From positions 1,403-65,402 of the forward strand of contig DATMJO010000163.1 in NCBI GenBank assembly GCA_035553855.1: 64,000 bases of DNA, in the 5' to 3' direction. Made by a program: the position numbers and the translations under genes. Below the pieces are notes generated by a model that worked only from the letters and a program-made list of their open reading frames with translations, made no database searches and was not told the DNA's origin. The stretch comes from Thermoleophilaceae bacterium. Its GTDB lineage: Bacteria; Actinomycetota; Thermoleophilia; Solirubrobacterales; Thermoleophilaceae. How positions within the stretch are numbered: the first letter of the stretch is position 1; each line of letters starts with the position of its first letter. This document shows, one piece after another, positions 1 through 8,127 of this stretch.

Positions 1-70
1 CCCGCTCGGCGGCGCGGATCCGCGCCTCGCGGTAGACCTCGTCAGGCACCGAAACCGTGATGTTCTTCAC
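1..70 (-). CDS. ribbon-helix-helix (CopG/antitoxin-like) protein, N-terminal fragment; the gene runs off the window start
   Basis: The reverse strand from GTG at 70..68 reads VKNITVSVPDEVYREARIRAAER, a typical RHH antitoxin N-terminus. It is absent from the ORF track because no stop lies inside the window. Confidence 0.45.
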   Translation of the reverse strand, partial: MKNITVSVPDEVYREARIRAAER

Positions 71-82
71 GCCGCGACAGTA

Positions 83-112
83 CCACAGGACCACAGCTAC
101 TGTGAACCACAG
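83..112. promoter_or_regulatory. candidate operator upstream of the RHH gene: three CCACAG repeats, including the palindrome CACAG-CTA-CTGTG
   Basis: CCACAG occurs at 83-88, 91-96 and 107-112. The palindrome spans 92-104. All lie 13-42 nt upstream of the RHH start codon. Confidence 0.35.
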
Positions 113-261
113 ACCGCAGCCTCCGCGTCGGACAGCAACCTCAGGGCCCGCGCATCCGACCAAACCTGACCGCGCTTGACCCGTTCGAGGTAGCGGCTGA
201 GGCTTCTGGCGCAGCTCTCGACTCCGACCCGCTCGCATGTGCGTCGTGAGGTGGCACTTGG

Positions 262-993
262 CTACCGCTCACAGAGGGAAGCGAGACGAGCCACGGCCTC
301 GGTAAACGGACCGGTTCCCGGCCTGCCCGCGGCAGCCAGGCGCGCACAACCGCGCGAGCGCGGAAGTGCCACGTCCGACCGGCCGCCCCAGCGCTCGCCC
401 ACCGATCCGCCGCCGTTCAGGACCACGAGCGGGCGCGGGCCGACCCGCGCCAGCCGCTCCGCCAGGACCGCCGCGAGCGCCGGCTCGTCGGTCTCGCCTG
501 CCACGAGCACGACCGCCGTCGCGAGCGAGGCGGCCGGCGCCGCCTGCGTGACAGGGCCCGCGTCGATCACGAGCGGCGCGAGCCCCGCCAGGGCACGCTC
601 GGCCTCCGCCGGCCCCGCCGGCCCGACGAGGCAGAGCCGCCCGCTCGCTCGCGCGTCGAGCCCGCCGCGAGTGCTCGCCGCCCGGGCCAGGCGCGCGGCG
701 GCCGCGGTTCCCAGCGGGAGCCCGGCCGGGGCGCTCTCGGCCGAGACCGCCGCGGCGCCGCCCGGATCGAGCCGCGCGAGCTCGACGCCGAGCGCGCGCG
801 CCACCGTGGTCGCGCCCGTTCTCGCCCGGAGGCCGCAGACGGCGACGACCGGCGGGACGGCCGGCCCGCATGACTGCAACGAAGGCGGCGCGGATGCCTC
901 CTGCGCAGGCTCGAGCAGGAAGGCCTCGGCCCGCGCCAGAAGGGTCGAGAGGACCGATGGCGGGGTCGCTCGCGTCGCGGCTCGCTCACTCAC
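262..993 (-). CDS. hypothetical protein with a degenerate ParA/MinD/CpaE-like P-loop (no Walker A lysine)
   Basis: The segment VVAVCGLRARTGATTVARALGVELA resembles a deviant Walker A. The start overlaps the upstream TadE-like stop (ATGA). Its composition is protein-like, unlike the R/P-rich antisense ORFs. Confidence 0.5.
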   Translation of the reverse strand: MSERAATRATPPSVLSTLLARAEAFLLEPAQEASAPPSLQSCGPAVPPVVAVCGLRARTGATTVARALGVELARLDPGGAAAVSAESAPAGLPLGTAAAARLARAASTRGGLDARASGRLCLVGPAGPAEAERALAGLAPLVIDAGPVTQAAPAASLATAVVLVAGETDEPALAAVLAERLARVGPRPLVVLNGGGSVGERWGGRSDVALPRSRGCARLAAAGRPGTGPFTEAVARLASLCER

Positions 994-1361
994 GGCGCCT
1001 CCACGTGCGCCGACTCCGAGACCTCCAGGGTGCGTGCGACTGCGTCGATCGGAGCCGGCGGGCGCATCCGGATACGCACCGTTCCGCCGGACTCGCTGAC
1101 TCGCATCCGGGCGCGTGACCAGCCAGGCACCGCGCGGCGCGCCGCGCGCTCGGCGTCGCCCCCCGCCGCCACGGCGAGCGCTCCGGCCTCGGCCGCCGCC
1201 GCCGCGAGCGACTTCGAATAGCCGACGGCGAGCAGTTGCATCAGCGCGAGCCCCACGAGGACGAGAGCCGGGAGCGCGCCGACCGCCTCGACGGTCGCCT
1301 GTCCGCGCTCACCTGCGCCGGCCGGGGGCCGACCGGCGCGCGACTGCGGCGAGGAACTCAT
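990..1361 (-). CDS. TadE/TadG-like pilus assembly (pseudopilin-like) protein
   Basis: The N-terminus GQATVEAVGALPALVLVGLALMQ matches the TadE-type G-Q-x-x-V-E motif followed by a hydrophobic helix. Confidence 0.65.
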   Translation of the reverse strand: MSSSPQSRAGRPPAGAGERGQATVEAVGALPALVLVGLALMQLLAVGYSKSLAAAAAEAGALAVAAGGDAERAARRAVPGWSRARMRVSESGGTVRIRMRPPAPIDAVARTLEVSESAHVEAP

Positions 1362-1419
1362 CGGCTGCCTCCCAGAGCGCCCGCGGCGGGCCCGCCGGCG
1401 CGCGACCGCAGCGAGGGAT

Positions 1420-1770
1420 TCATCCGCCGCCTCCCAGCGAGGCCTCGGCGGAGACGCTCACCGGCGACCGCCAGCGCGGGTGGACGAACGGCACCCGCAG
1501 GCGCACACGCACCGCTCCGTCGCGCCGCTCGACCCGCAGACCGCGCTCCATGCCCCGCGGCAACGCGCTGCGCGCCGCGGCGCGGGGGTCGCGACCGACG
1601 AGGTCGGCCCGGGCGGCCACCCGCGCCGCGTTGCCCACGAGCCAGAGCGCGTGCCCCGCGAGCGCGAGTTGCCAGACGATCAGGGCGCCCGCGATGAGCG
1701 CGGGAATCGAGGCGACGAACTCGACCGACGCCTGCCCAGCCTCCGGGCCCGTGACGCGCGTGAGGGGCAT
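1420..1770 (-). CDS. TadE-like protein
   Basis: The N-terminus GQASVEFVASIPALIAGALIVWQLAL carries the TadE signature. Confidence 0.7.
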   Translation of the reverse strand: MPLTRVTGPEAGQASVEFVASIPALIAGALIVWQLALAGHALWLVGNAARVAARADLVGRDPRAAARSALPRGMERGLRVERRDGAVRVRLRVPFVHPRWRSPVSVSAEASLGGGG

Positions 1771-1920
1771 GCGCCCGAGGATCGCGGGGAGCGCGTGAGG
1801 GCCGGGTTCCGCGCGTTACGGGCGCGCGACGGGCGGGTGACGAAGCCGTATCGCCCGGACGACTATGCAGAACAGCACGCCATGCGACCCCCAACTGCAT
1901 GGTCGCCGCCGAGGACAGGG

Positions 1921-1945
1921 TGAAACAGTGCCTGGCACTGTTTCA
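1921..1945. terminator. perfect 25-nt palindrome (12-bp arms), a hairpin just downstream of the minus-strand membrane-protein gene
   Basis: TGAAACAGTGCC-T-GGCACTGTTTCA lies 16 nt after the stop at 1961. There is no U-tract. Confidence 0.45.
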
Positions 1946-1960
1946 GCGCTCGGCCGGACC

Positions 1961-2314
1961 TCAGTACTCGCGCGAGGTCCGGTAGACCCAGAAGAGGCCG
2001 TAGGAGGCGCCGGCCAGAAGGCCGACCCACAGGAGCGCGCCGCCGCCGCCGTAGCCGAACAGGCGCGAGGCCGCCGTGAACGCCCAGAGGATCGCGGCGA
2101 ACGACCCGTAGAGCACGATTCGCTGGCGGTCGGTGAGCGACTCGAGCGTGAAGCGGTGCTCGCGGTAGAGGCGGATGCCGAGCAGCGCTATCGCCGTGAA
2201 GAACGCGATCGAGAGGGCGGCGAGGAAGACCTCGAGCCCCGCGCCCCCGCCCGGGATCAGCACGATCACGAGGGCGATCAGGGCGACGATCCCGAGGTTG
2301 CGCGCGAACGTCAC
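1961..2314 (-). CDS. small integral membrane protein (about 4 TM segments)
   Basis: The sequence has hydrophobic helices (LGIVALIALVIVLIPGG, FLAALSIAFFTAIALLGI, and others) and sits downstream of uppP on the same strand. Confidence 0.6.
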   Translation of the reverse strand: MTFARNLGIVALIALVIVLIPGGGAGLEVFLAALSIAFFTAIALLGIRLYREHRFTLESLTDRQRIVLYGSFAAILWAFTAASRLFGYGGGGALLWVGLLAGASYGLFWVYRTSREY

Positions 2315-2350
2315 GGCAGAAAGGGTAATCCGGCGCCCCGCCGGGACGCC

Positions 2351-3166
2351 CTACGAGATCGCGCCGGAGCCCACGAGCGCGAGCACGAGCGTGCCCAGCG
2401 CGACGCGGTAGACGACGAACACGGCGGTCGAGTGCGTCACGAGGAAGCGCAGCAGGAACGCGATCGACGCGTAGCCCGATACGAACGCGAGCAGCGTCGC
2501 CACGGCGACCCCCGCGACCGAGGTGTCGTGGCCGCTGACCGCGTCGGGAAGCTGGAACAGCCCGCTCAGCACGACGGCCGGGACCGACAAGAGGAACGAG
2601 AAGCGCGCCGCCGCCGCCCGCTCGAAGCCAAGGAAGAGACCGGCCGTGATCGTCGCCCCGGAGCGGGACACGCCCGGCACGAGCGCGGCCGCCTGGGCGA
2701 ACCCGATCGCGACGGCGTCGCGCAGCCCGACAGAGCGGATGTCCCGGTCGCGCTTCGACACGCGCTCCGAGAGAAGGAGCAGCAGCCCGAGCGCGATCAG
2801 GGCGATAGCGATCAGGTAGAGGTCGCGCGCGCCGTCCTCGATCTGGTCCTGGAAGGCGAGCCCGAAGATCCCGATCGGGATCGTGCCGATGATCAAATAC
2901 CAGCCGAGCCGCGCGTCCAGCTCGCCGCGGCGCGACGGGTCGCGCAGGCTCGCCGTCCACGCGACCGCGATCCGCCACAGGTCCTGGCGGAAGTAGACGA
3001 GCACCGCGAGCATCGTCCCGAGCTGCGTGACCGCGGTGAAGGCGGCGCCGGGGTCCTCCCACCCCGCGAAGGCCGGGACGATCCGGAGATGGCCGGTGCT
3101 CGAGATCGGCAGGAACTCTGTGAGCCCCTGGACGATCCCGAGGACTATCGCCTCGAGGATGGACAC
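2351..3166 (-). CDS. uppP: undecaprenyl-diphosphate phosphatase (BacA/UppP)
   Basis: The sequence MSILEAIVLGIVQGLTEFLPISSTGHL and a later PGVSRSG segment are classic UppP motifs. Confidence 0.93.
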   Translation of the reverse strand: MSILEAIVLGIVQGLTEFLPISSTGHLRIVPAFAGWEDPGAAFTAVTQLGTMLAVLVYFRQDLWRIAVAWTASLRDPSRRGELDARLGWYLIIGTIPIGIFGLAFQDQIEDGARDLYLIAIALIALGLLLLLSERVSKRDRDIRSVGLRDAVAIGFAQAAALVPGVSRSGATITAGLFLGFERAAAARFSFLLSVPAVVLSGLFQLPDAVSGHDTSVAGVAVATLLAFVSGYASIAFLLRFLVTHSTAVFVVYRVALGTLVLALVGSGAIS

Positions 3167-3178
3167 GGCCGGGGAACC

Positions 3179-3709
3179 CTAGTCGCGCTGCGCCTGCGCC
3201 TCCGCGAAGCGCCTGCGGGACGCCTCGATCTCGGCGAGCGCGTCCTCGCGGGAGTACCAGCCGTCGACCTTGACCTTCTTGCGCTCGAGGTCCTTGTAGA
3301 TCGAGAAGAAGTGGGAGATCTCGTCCCGCAACTGCTTCGAGATGTCCTCGAGCGAGTCGAGCGCGTTCCAGCCCGGGTCGTTCACGGGGACGCACAGCAC
3401 CTTGTCGTCCACCCCCATGTCGTCCTCCATCCGGAAGAGCGCGATCGGCTTCACCTCGATCAGGCAGCCTGGGAAGGTGGGCTCCGACACGCAGACCATC
3501 GCGTCGAGCGGGTCGGTGTCGAGCGACAGCGTGTCCGGGAAGAAGCCGTAGTCCGTCGGGTACACGACCGAGGAGAAGAGAAACCGGTCGAGCTTGATCC
3601 GGTGCGTCTCGTGGTCGAACTCGTACTTGTTCCGGCTCCCCTTGGGGATCTCGATGATGGCGAACAGGTCGGAGTCCGGCACGGCAACGGCGACTCTAAC
3701 CGGTACCAT
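3179..3709 (-). CDS. ppa: inorganic pyrophosphatase (family I)
   Basis: IEIPKGSRNKYEFD and YPTDYGFFPDTLSLDTDPLDAMV are the family I PPase active-site signature. Confidence 0.93.
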   Translation of the reverse strand: MVPVRVAVAVPDSDLFAIIEIPKGSRNKYEFDHETHRIKLDRFLFSSVVYPTDYGFFPDTLSLDTDPLDAMVCVSEPTFPGCLIEVKPIALFRMEDDMGVDDKVLCVPVNDPGWNALDSLEDISKQLRDEISHFFSIYKDLERKKVKVDGWYSREDALAEIEASRRRFAEAQAQRD

Positions 3710-3717
3710 CCCGGCCC

Positions 3718-3957
3718 ATGCGGACCGCCGTCCTCTCGCTGATCCTGCTCCTCGCGACCGCCGCCCCGGCGCTCGCCAAGCCGAACGGCGAGGGTCTCGC
3801 CGGCGAGACCGACGACAAGGTCGTGACCTTCTTCTCGCTCGGCGTCGTCGTCTTCTTCACGCTGGTCGTGATCCTCGGCTCGATCGCCCAGCACCTGCTG
3901 GACAAGCGCAAGCAGGAGCAGAAAGCCGCGAAGCTCCGCCAGCGCGAGGGCTGGTAG
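3718..3957 (+). CDS. small secreted/membrane-anchored protein
   Basis: It has a signal peptide (MRTAVLSLILLLATAAPALA), one TM helix and a basic tail. Confidence 0.5.
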   Translation: MRTAVLSLILLLATAAPALAKPNGEGLAGETDDKVVTFFSLGVVVFFTLVVILGSIAQHLLDKRKQEQKAAKLRQREGW

Positions 3958-3969
3958 CCCTCCACCTCC

Positions 3970-4731
3970 ATGCCCGGCCCCGTGAGCTACGAGCGCCGCG
4001 GCGCTGCGGCGGTGCTGACGATCGACCGGCCCGAGCGGCGCAACGCCGTCGACGGCGAGACGGCCGACGCGCTCGCGCAGGGCTACCGGGACTTCGTCGC
4101 AGACGACGACGCGCGCGTCCTGATCCTCACCGGCGCGGGCGGCGTCGCCTTCTGCGCGGGCGCCGACCTGAAGGCGATCGAGTCGCTCGGCCCGCGCCTC
4201 GACACCCCCGAGGGCCCGCTCGGCTTCACCCGCCTGATCTCGCCGAAGCCCACGATCGCCGCGATCGAGGGCTGGTGCCTCGCCGGCGGGCTCGAGCTTG
4301 CGCTCTGGTGCGACCTGCGGATCGCGAGCGAGGGATCGACGCTCGGCTTCCCGGAGCGCCGCTTCGGCGTCCCGCTTATCGACGGCGGCACGCAGAGGCT
4401 GCCGCGCATCGTGGGTCTCGGGCGCGCGCTCGACATCATCCTGACCGGCCGTATGATGCCCGCGGCCGAGGCGCACGCGATGGGGCTCGTCAACGAGATC
4501 GTGGCCGACCCGCTCGAGCGCTCGCTGGAGCTGGCCGAGGCACTCGCGCGCTTCCCGCAGGAGACGATGCTCGCCGACCGCCTCGCCGCGATCGAGGGCA
4601 TCGGCATGACCTTCGAGGACGGCCTCGAGCGCGAAAAGCGAAACGGCACGCCGCTGCTCGAGGTCGCCTGGAAGGGCGCCGCGCGCTTCGCCGCCGGTGA
4701 GGGGCGCGGCGGCGCCGGGGCCGGCGCCTGA
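3970..4731 (+). CDS. enoyl-CoA hydratase/isomerase (crotonase) family protein
   Basis: LTIDRPERRNAV, FCAGADLK and AAIEGWCLAGGLELALWCDLR are crotonase-fold motifs. Confidence 0.9.
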   Translation: MPGPVSYERRGAAAVLTIDRPERRNAVDGETADALAQGYRDFVADDDARVLILTGAGGVAFCAGADLKAIESLGPRLDTPEGPLGFTRLISPKPTIAAIEGWCLAGGLELALWCDLRIASEGSTLGFPERRFGVPLIDGGTQRLPRIVGLGRALDIILTGRMMPAAEAHAMGLVNEIVADPLERSLELAEALARFPQETMLADRLAAIEGIGMTFEDGLEREKRNGTPLLEVAWKGAARFAAGEGRGGAGAGA

Positions 4732-4778
4732 CGGACGAGCCCGAGATCCCGAAGGGCAGGGCGCGCCGCTCCGCAAAG

Positions 4779-6137
4779 GTGTCGGCGGCGCTCGGCGGTC
4801 AGGGCGCCCGGATCGCCGGCGCGACCGCGGCAAACCGCCTGCGCGGCTCCGACCGCTCGCAGGCGAGGCTCGAGCGCCGCCATCTCGAGGCCGCCGAGCG
4901 CATGGTCGAGCTGCTCGGCACGATGAAGGGCGCTGCCATGAAGGTCGGCCAGCTCGCCTCCTTCCTCGAGCTCGACTTCGTCCCCGACGAGTTCCGCCCG
5001 CTCTACCAGGAGAAGCTCGCGTCGCTGCGGGACTCCGCCCCGCCCATGTCCTGGAAGCAGGTGCGCGGCGTGCTCTCGGAGGACCTCGGCGAGCCGCCCG
5101 AGTCCGTCTTCGACGAGCTCTCGGAGGAGCCCGTGGCCGCCGCCTCGATCGGGCAGGTCCACCGCGGGCGCCTGCCGGACGGGCGCGAGGTCGCCGTGAA
5201 GGTCCAGTACCCGGGCGTCGCCGAGGCGATCAGGGCCGACATGCAGAACGCCGGCGCGATCGTCGCGCTCGTGAAGGCCATCTCCCCCGGCCTCGACGCG
5301 CGCGCGATCGCCCGTGAGATCCGCGAGCGCATGATGGAGGAGCTCGACTTCGAGCACGAGGCACAGGTGCAGCGCCTGTTCGCGCGCGCCTACCGCGGCC
5401 ACCCCTTCATCCACGTCCCGGAGGTCATGACCGAGCTTTCGCGCCCGCGCGTGCTCGTGTCCGGCTGGGCCGAGGGCATCCGCTTCGCCGAGATCAGGGA
5501 GCTTCCGCAGGCCGAGCGCGACCGCTTCGGCGAGATCGTGCACCGCTTCTACTACGGGTCGATCCACCACCTCGGGGTATTCAACGCCGACCCCCACCCG
5601 GGCAACTACCTGCTGCGGGACGACGGCCGCGTGGTGTTCATCGACTTCGGCGCCTCGAAGGAGCACAGGGGCGCCCAGGGCGGGCGCTTCCTGCAGATCA
5701 TCAAGGCCGCGAGCGAGCGCGACGCCGACGCCTACAAGAGTCAGCTCGTGGAGCTCGGCTACCTCAAGAGGCCCGACGGCATCGAGGCCGAGCGGCTGCT
5801 GGACACGATCTACTCGCTGGCCGGCTGGTACCTCGAGGACCGCGAGTTCACGATCGACCCCGAGTACGTGCGCGGGGTGATGGCCGCCGGGGCGGACCCG
5901 CGTGGCGGCAACCTCGACGTGATGCGCCGCGCCGCCCTCCCCGCCGAAGACCTGATGCTCCGCCGGCTGGAGGCCGGCGTCGTCGCCGTGCTCGGCCAGC
6001 TGCGGGCAACCCGCAACTGGCACCGGATCTCACGCGAGTGGTGGTTCGGCGACCCGCCCGCCACGAAGCTGGGCGAGGCCGACCGCGAGTTCTGGGAGCG
6101 GACCGGCCGCAGCAAGGCGCGCTCGCGCATTCGCTAG
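4779..6137 (+). CDS. ABC1/UbiB-family atypical kinase; the true start is possibly CTG at 4728
   Basis: AMKVGQLASF, AAASIGQVHRGRL, EVAVKVQYPG and FNADPHPGNYL are ABC1 motifs. A family-typical N-terminal segment is encoded in frame upstream of the first canonical start. Confidence 0.9.
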   Translation: MSAALGGQGARIAGATAANRLRGSDRSQARLERRHLEAAERMVELLGTMKGAAMKVGQLASFLELDFVPDEFRPLYQEKLASLRDSAPPMSWKQVRGVLSEDLGEPPESVFDELSEEPVAAASIGQVHRGRLPDGREVAVKVQYPGVAEAIRADMQNAGAIVALVKAISPGLDARAIAREIRERMMEELDFEHEAQVQRLFARAYRGHPFIHVPEVMTELSRPRVLVSGWAEGIRFAEIRELPQAERDRFGEIVHRFYYGSIHHLGVFNADPHPGNYLLRDDGRVVFIDFGASKEHRGAQGGRFLQIIKAASERDADAYKSQLVELGYLKRPDGIEAERLLDTIYSLAGWYLEDREFTIDPEYVRGVMAAGADPRGGNLDVMRRAALPAEDLMLRRLEAGVVAVLGQLRATRNWHRISREWWFGDPPATKLGEADREFWERTGRSKARSRIR

Positions 6138-6156
6138 CATTCATCGAACCAGATCG

Positions 6157-6465
6157 ATGAAGCGCCTGAACGTCATAGGTTGCGCTCTCTCGGGCACGGA
6201 GCTCGAGGCCCGCGCCCGTCTCGCGGGGCGTCTGGCTCCGGCCGTCGAATCGGTCGAGCGGCGCCCGCGCGCTGCGGAGATCGCCTTCGGCCCCGATGTG
6301 GACGAGGAGCTGGTGCTCGATCTTGCGCGCCGCGAGCGGGAGTGCTGCTCGTTCTTCGAGTTCGCCTGGAGCGCCTCCGACCGCCGCCTCGAGGTGGCGG
6401 TCCCCGAAGACCGCTTCCAGCCCTCGCTCGACGCCGTCGTCGCGGCCGTCACCGGCGATCTGTGA
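6157..6465 (+). CDS. hypothetical protein with an ECCSFF motif
   Basis: The composition is protein-like and contains RRERECCSFFEFAW (paired cysteines). I do not recognise the family with confidence. Confidence 0.5.
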   Translation: MKRLNVIGCALSGTELEARARLAGRLAPAVESVERRPRAAEIAFGPDVDEELVLDLARRERECCSFFEFAWSASDRRLEVAVPEDRFQPSLDAVVAAVTGDL

Positions 6466-6537
6466 TCCATCTCACCTAGCGCCCGTGGCGCGCGGGCGTA
6501 GGTTGCGCCCCTCAGTTCGAGGAGGGAGCTGCGAATT

Positions 6538-7317
6538 TTGACTGGTCCGGCCACCGTGGAGCACGAGCGGCTCGCGGGTCTCGAGGCGCTGTTCGATTCA
6601 CCGACGAGGGCGATCCTCGAGCGGATCGGCGTCCGCAGGGGCTGGAGCGTCGCCGCGGTCGGGGCCGGCAGGGGCTCGATCGCGCGCTGGCTCGCCGACC
6701 GCGTCGGCGTGGACGGCGAGGTCCTCGCCGTGGACTCGGACGTGAGCCTGCTGGACGGCCTGGACCGCCGCAATGCGCGGGTGGAGCGACTCGACGTCCT
6801 CACCCAGGCGCTGCCAGCCGGCAACTTCGACCTCGTCTACTCCCGCTTCGTGATGGCCGGGGCTGCGCCGCCCGCGATCGACAACATGCTCCCGGGCCTG
6901 CGGCGGGGCGGCACGCTGCTCGCGATCGCCGTGGACTGGCCCGAGGACGGCGCCGCCTGGCCGCCGAGCGAGGCGGACGTGCGCGTGACGGCCGGCATCC
7001 GCGCGCTGCTCACGGAAGCCGGCTGCGACACGCGGCTGGGCCGCAAGCTCCCGTCGCTCCTGCGCCGCGCCGGGCTCGCGCACATCCAGGCCGAGCCGAT
7101 CCAGCGCGTCTTCCAGGGCGGCTCCGAGCTGACGGCGATGTACCGCCACACGACCGAGAAGCTCCGCGCGGACCTCCTGGCTCGAGGGCACGCGGATGAG
7201 GGCGACCTCGCGGAGTGGCACGCGCGCCTCGACGACCCCGGCGTGACCTTCCTCGGCCCTCCGCTCGTCGCCGCGTGGGGCCGCGCCTGCCCGCCGGAGC
7301 CTTCCGTCAGATCCTGA
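6538..7317 (+). CDS. class I SAM-dependent methyltransferase
   Basis: A TTG start is preceded by GAGGAGGGAG. SAM motif I is AAVGAGRGSIARWLA. Confidence 0.8.
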   Translation: MTGPATVEHERLAGLEALFDSPTRAILERIGVRRGWSVAAVGAGRGSIARWLADRVGVDGEVLAVDSDVSLLDGLDRRNARVERLDVLTQALPAGNFDLVYSRFVMAGAAPPAIDNMLPGLRRGGTLLAIAVDWPEDGAAWPPSEADVRVTAGIRALLTEAGCDTRLGRKLPSLLRRAGLAHIQAEPIQRVFQGGSELTAMYRHTTEKLRADLLARGHADEGDLAEWHARLDDPGVTFLGPPLVAAWGRACPPEPSVRS

Positions 7318-8110
7318 AGACAGGCACGAGCCGCTTCTCGTGCTCGGCGTCGATCCGCGCGATCACCTCGACGTGGTCCTCGATGCCCGAGCCCCGCAGC
7401 TTCGTGGCCAGCAGCTCATCGACCTGGAACAGGCCCGAGGAGTTGTTCATGTCGATCGCTATGCGCACGGCCTTCTCCTCCCCCGCGTCGATCGTCACGC
7501 TGTCGATCGCGACCGCCGATAGCGAGTGGATGTTCGGCCGGCCCTGCTCGAACGGGACGCGCGAGCGCCCCTCCGCCATGTCGAGCGCGTCCGCGACGCG
7601 CACGATCCCGGCCTCCACCGTCATCGGGTCGCCGCGGCGGCGGTGGCCGATGATCGCGTGGAGCGACTCGGCGACGACGATCGAGCGCTCCGGCTCGTCG
7701 TAGACCCCCTCGAGCAGCTGCGGGAGCTTCGCCTGCGCCATGAACAGGCTGTAGGCCTCGTGGTCGGCGCGGTGGATCGACATGCCGGCGTCGTGGAGCA
7801 GGCACGCGCCCGCGATCGCCACCTCTGCGTCGCGGGCCTTCATACCGTGGTCGGTGACGAGCGCGGGCTCGACGCCCGCCTTCGCAAGCAGGCGGGACAG
7901 GCGCAGCGCGATGTTGAGGACGATGCGGACATGGACCCAGCCGTGGTCCGACATCCCGAGACGGGTGGCCATCACGTTCTGGGCATGCCACCAGGCCTTC
8001 ACCTGCTCGTCGCCGTTGACGGCCTCCAGAAACCGCTCGAGCCGGCGGTTGCCCCTGGTCGGCGCGTCGATCCTCATCGCTGCCACGGCCTCGGCGGGGG
8101 TCTGCGTCAC
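7307..8110 (-). CDS. HD-domain metal-dependent phosphohydrolase
   Basis: H..HV, LLHDAGM and GHRRRG segments are consistent with an HD domain. The 3' end overlaps the convergent methyltransferase by 11 nt. Confidence 0.85.
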   Translation of the reverse strand: MTQTPAEAVAAMRIDAPTRGNRRLERFLEAVNGDEQVKAWWHAQNVMATRLGMSDHGWVHVRIVLNIALRLSRLLAKAGVEPALVTDHGMKARDAEVAIAGACLLHDAGMSIHRADHEAYSLFMAQAKLPQLLEGVYDEPERSIVVAESLHAIIGHRRRGDPMTVEAGIVRVADALDMAEGRSRVPFEQGRPNIHSLSAVAIDSVTIDAGEEKAVRIAIDMNNSSGLFQVDELLATKLRGSGIEDHVEVIARIDAEHEKRLVPVFRI

Positions 8111-8127
8111 GGCCCCAGGTTGGCATA

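Noticed and set aside
141-347. A 68-aa minus-strand ORF lies between the RHH gene and the P-loop-like gene.
   Set aside because: It overlaps the 3' end of the better-supported 262-993 gene and has Arg/Pro/Ser-rich composition, no SD and no recognisable motif.
1865-3742. A 625-aa plus-strand ORF spans the uppP/ppa region. Similar giant ORFs occur at 25700-28543 (+), 4083-6023 (-), 12571-14403 (+), 13172-14944 (-), 30238-31554 (-) and elsewhere.
   Set aside because: They lie antisense to genes with unmistakable family motifs. Their translations are Arg/Pro/Ala/Gly-rich low-complexity strings, typical of stop-poor shadow frames in about 70% GC DNA.
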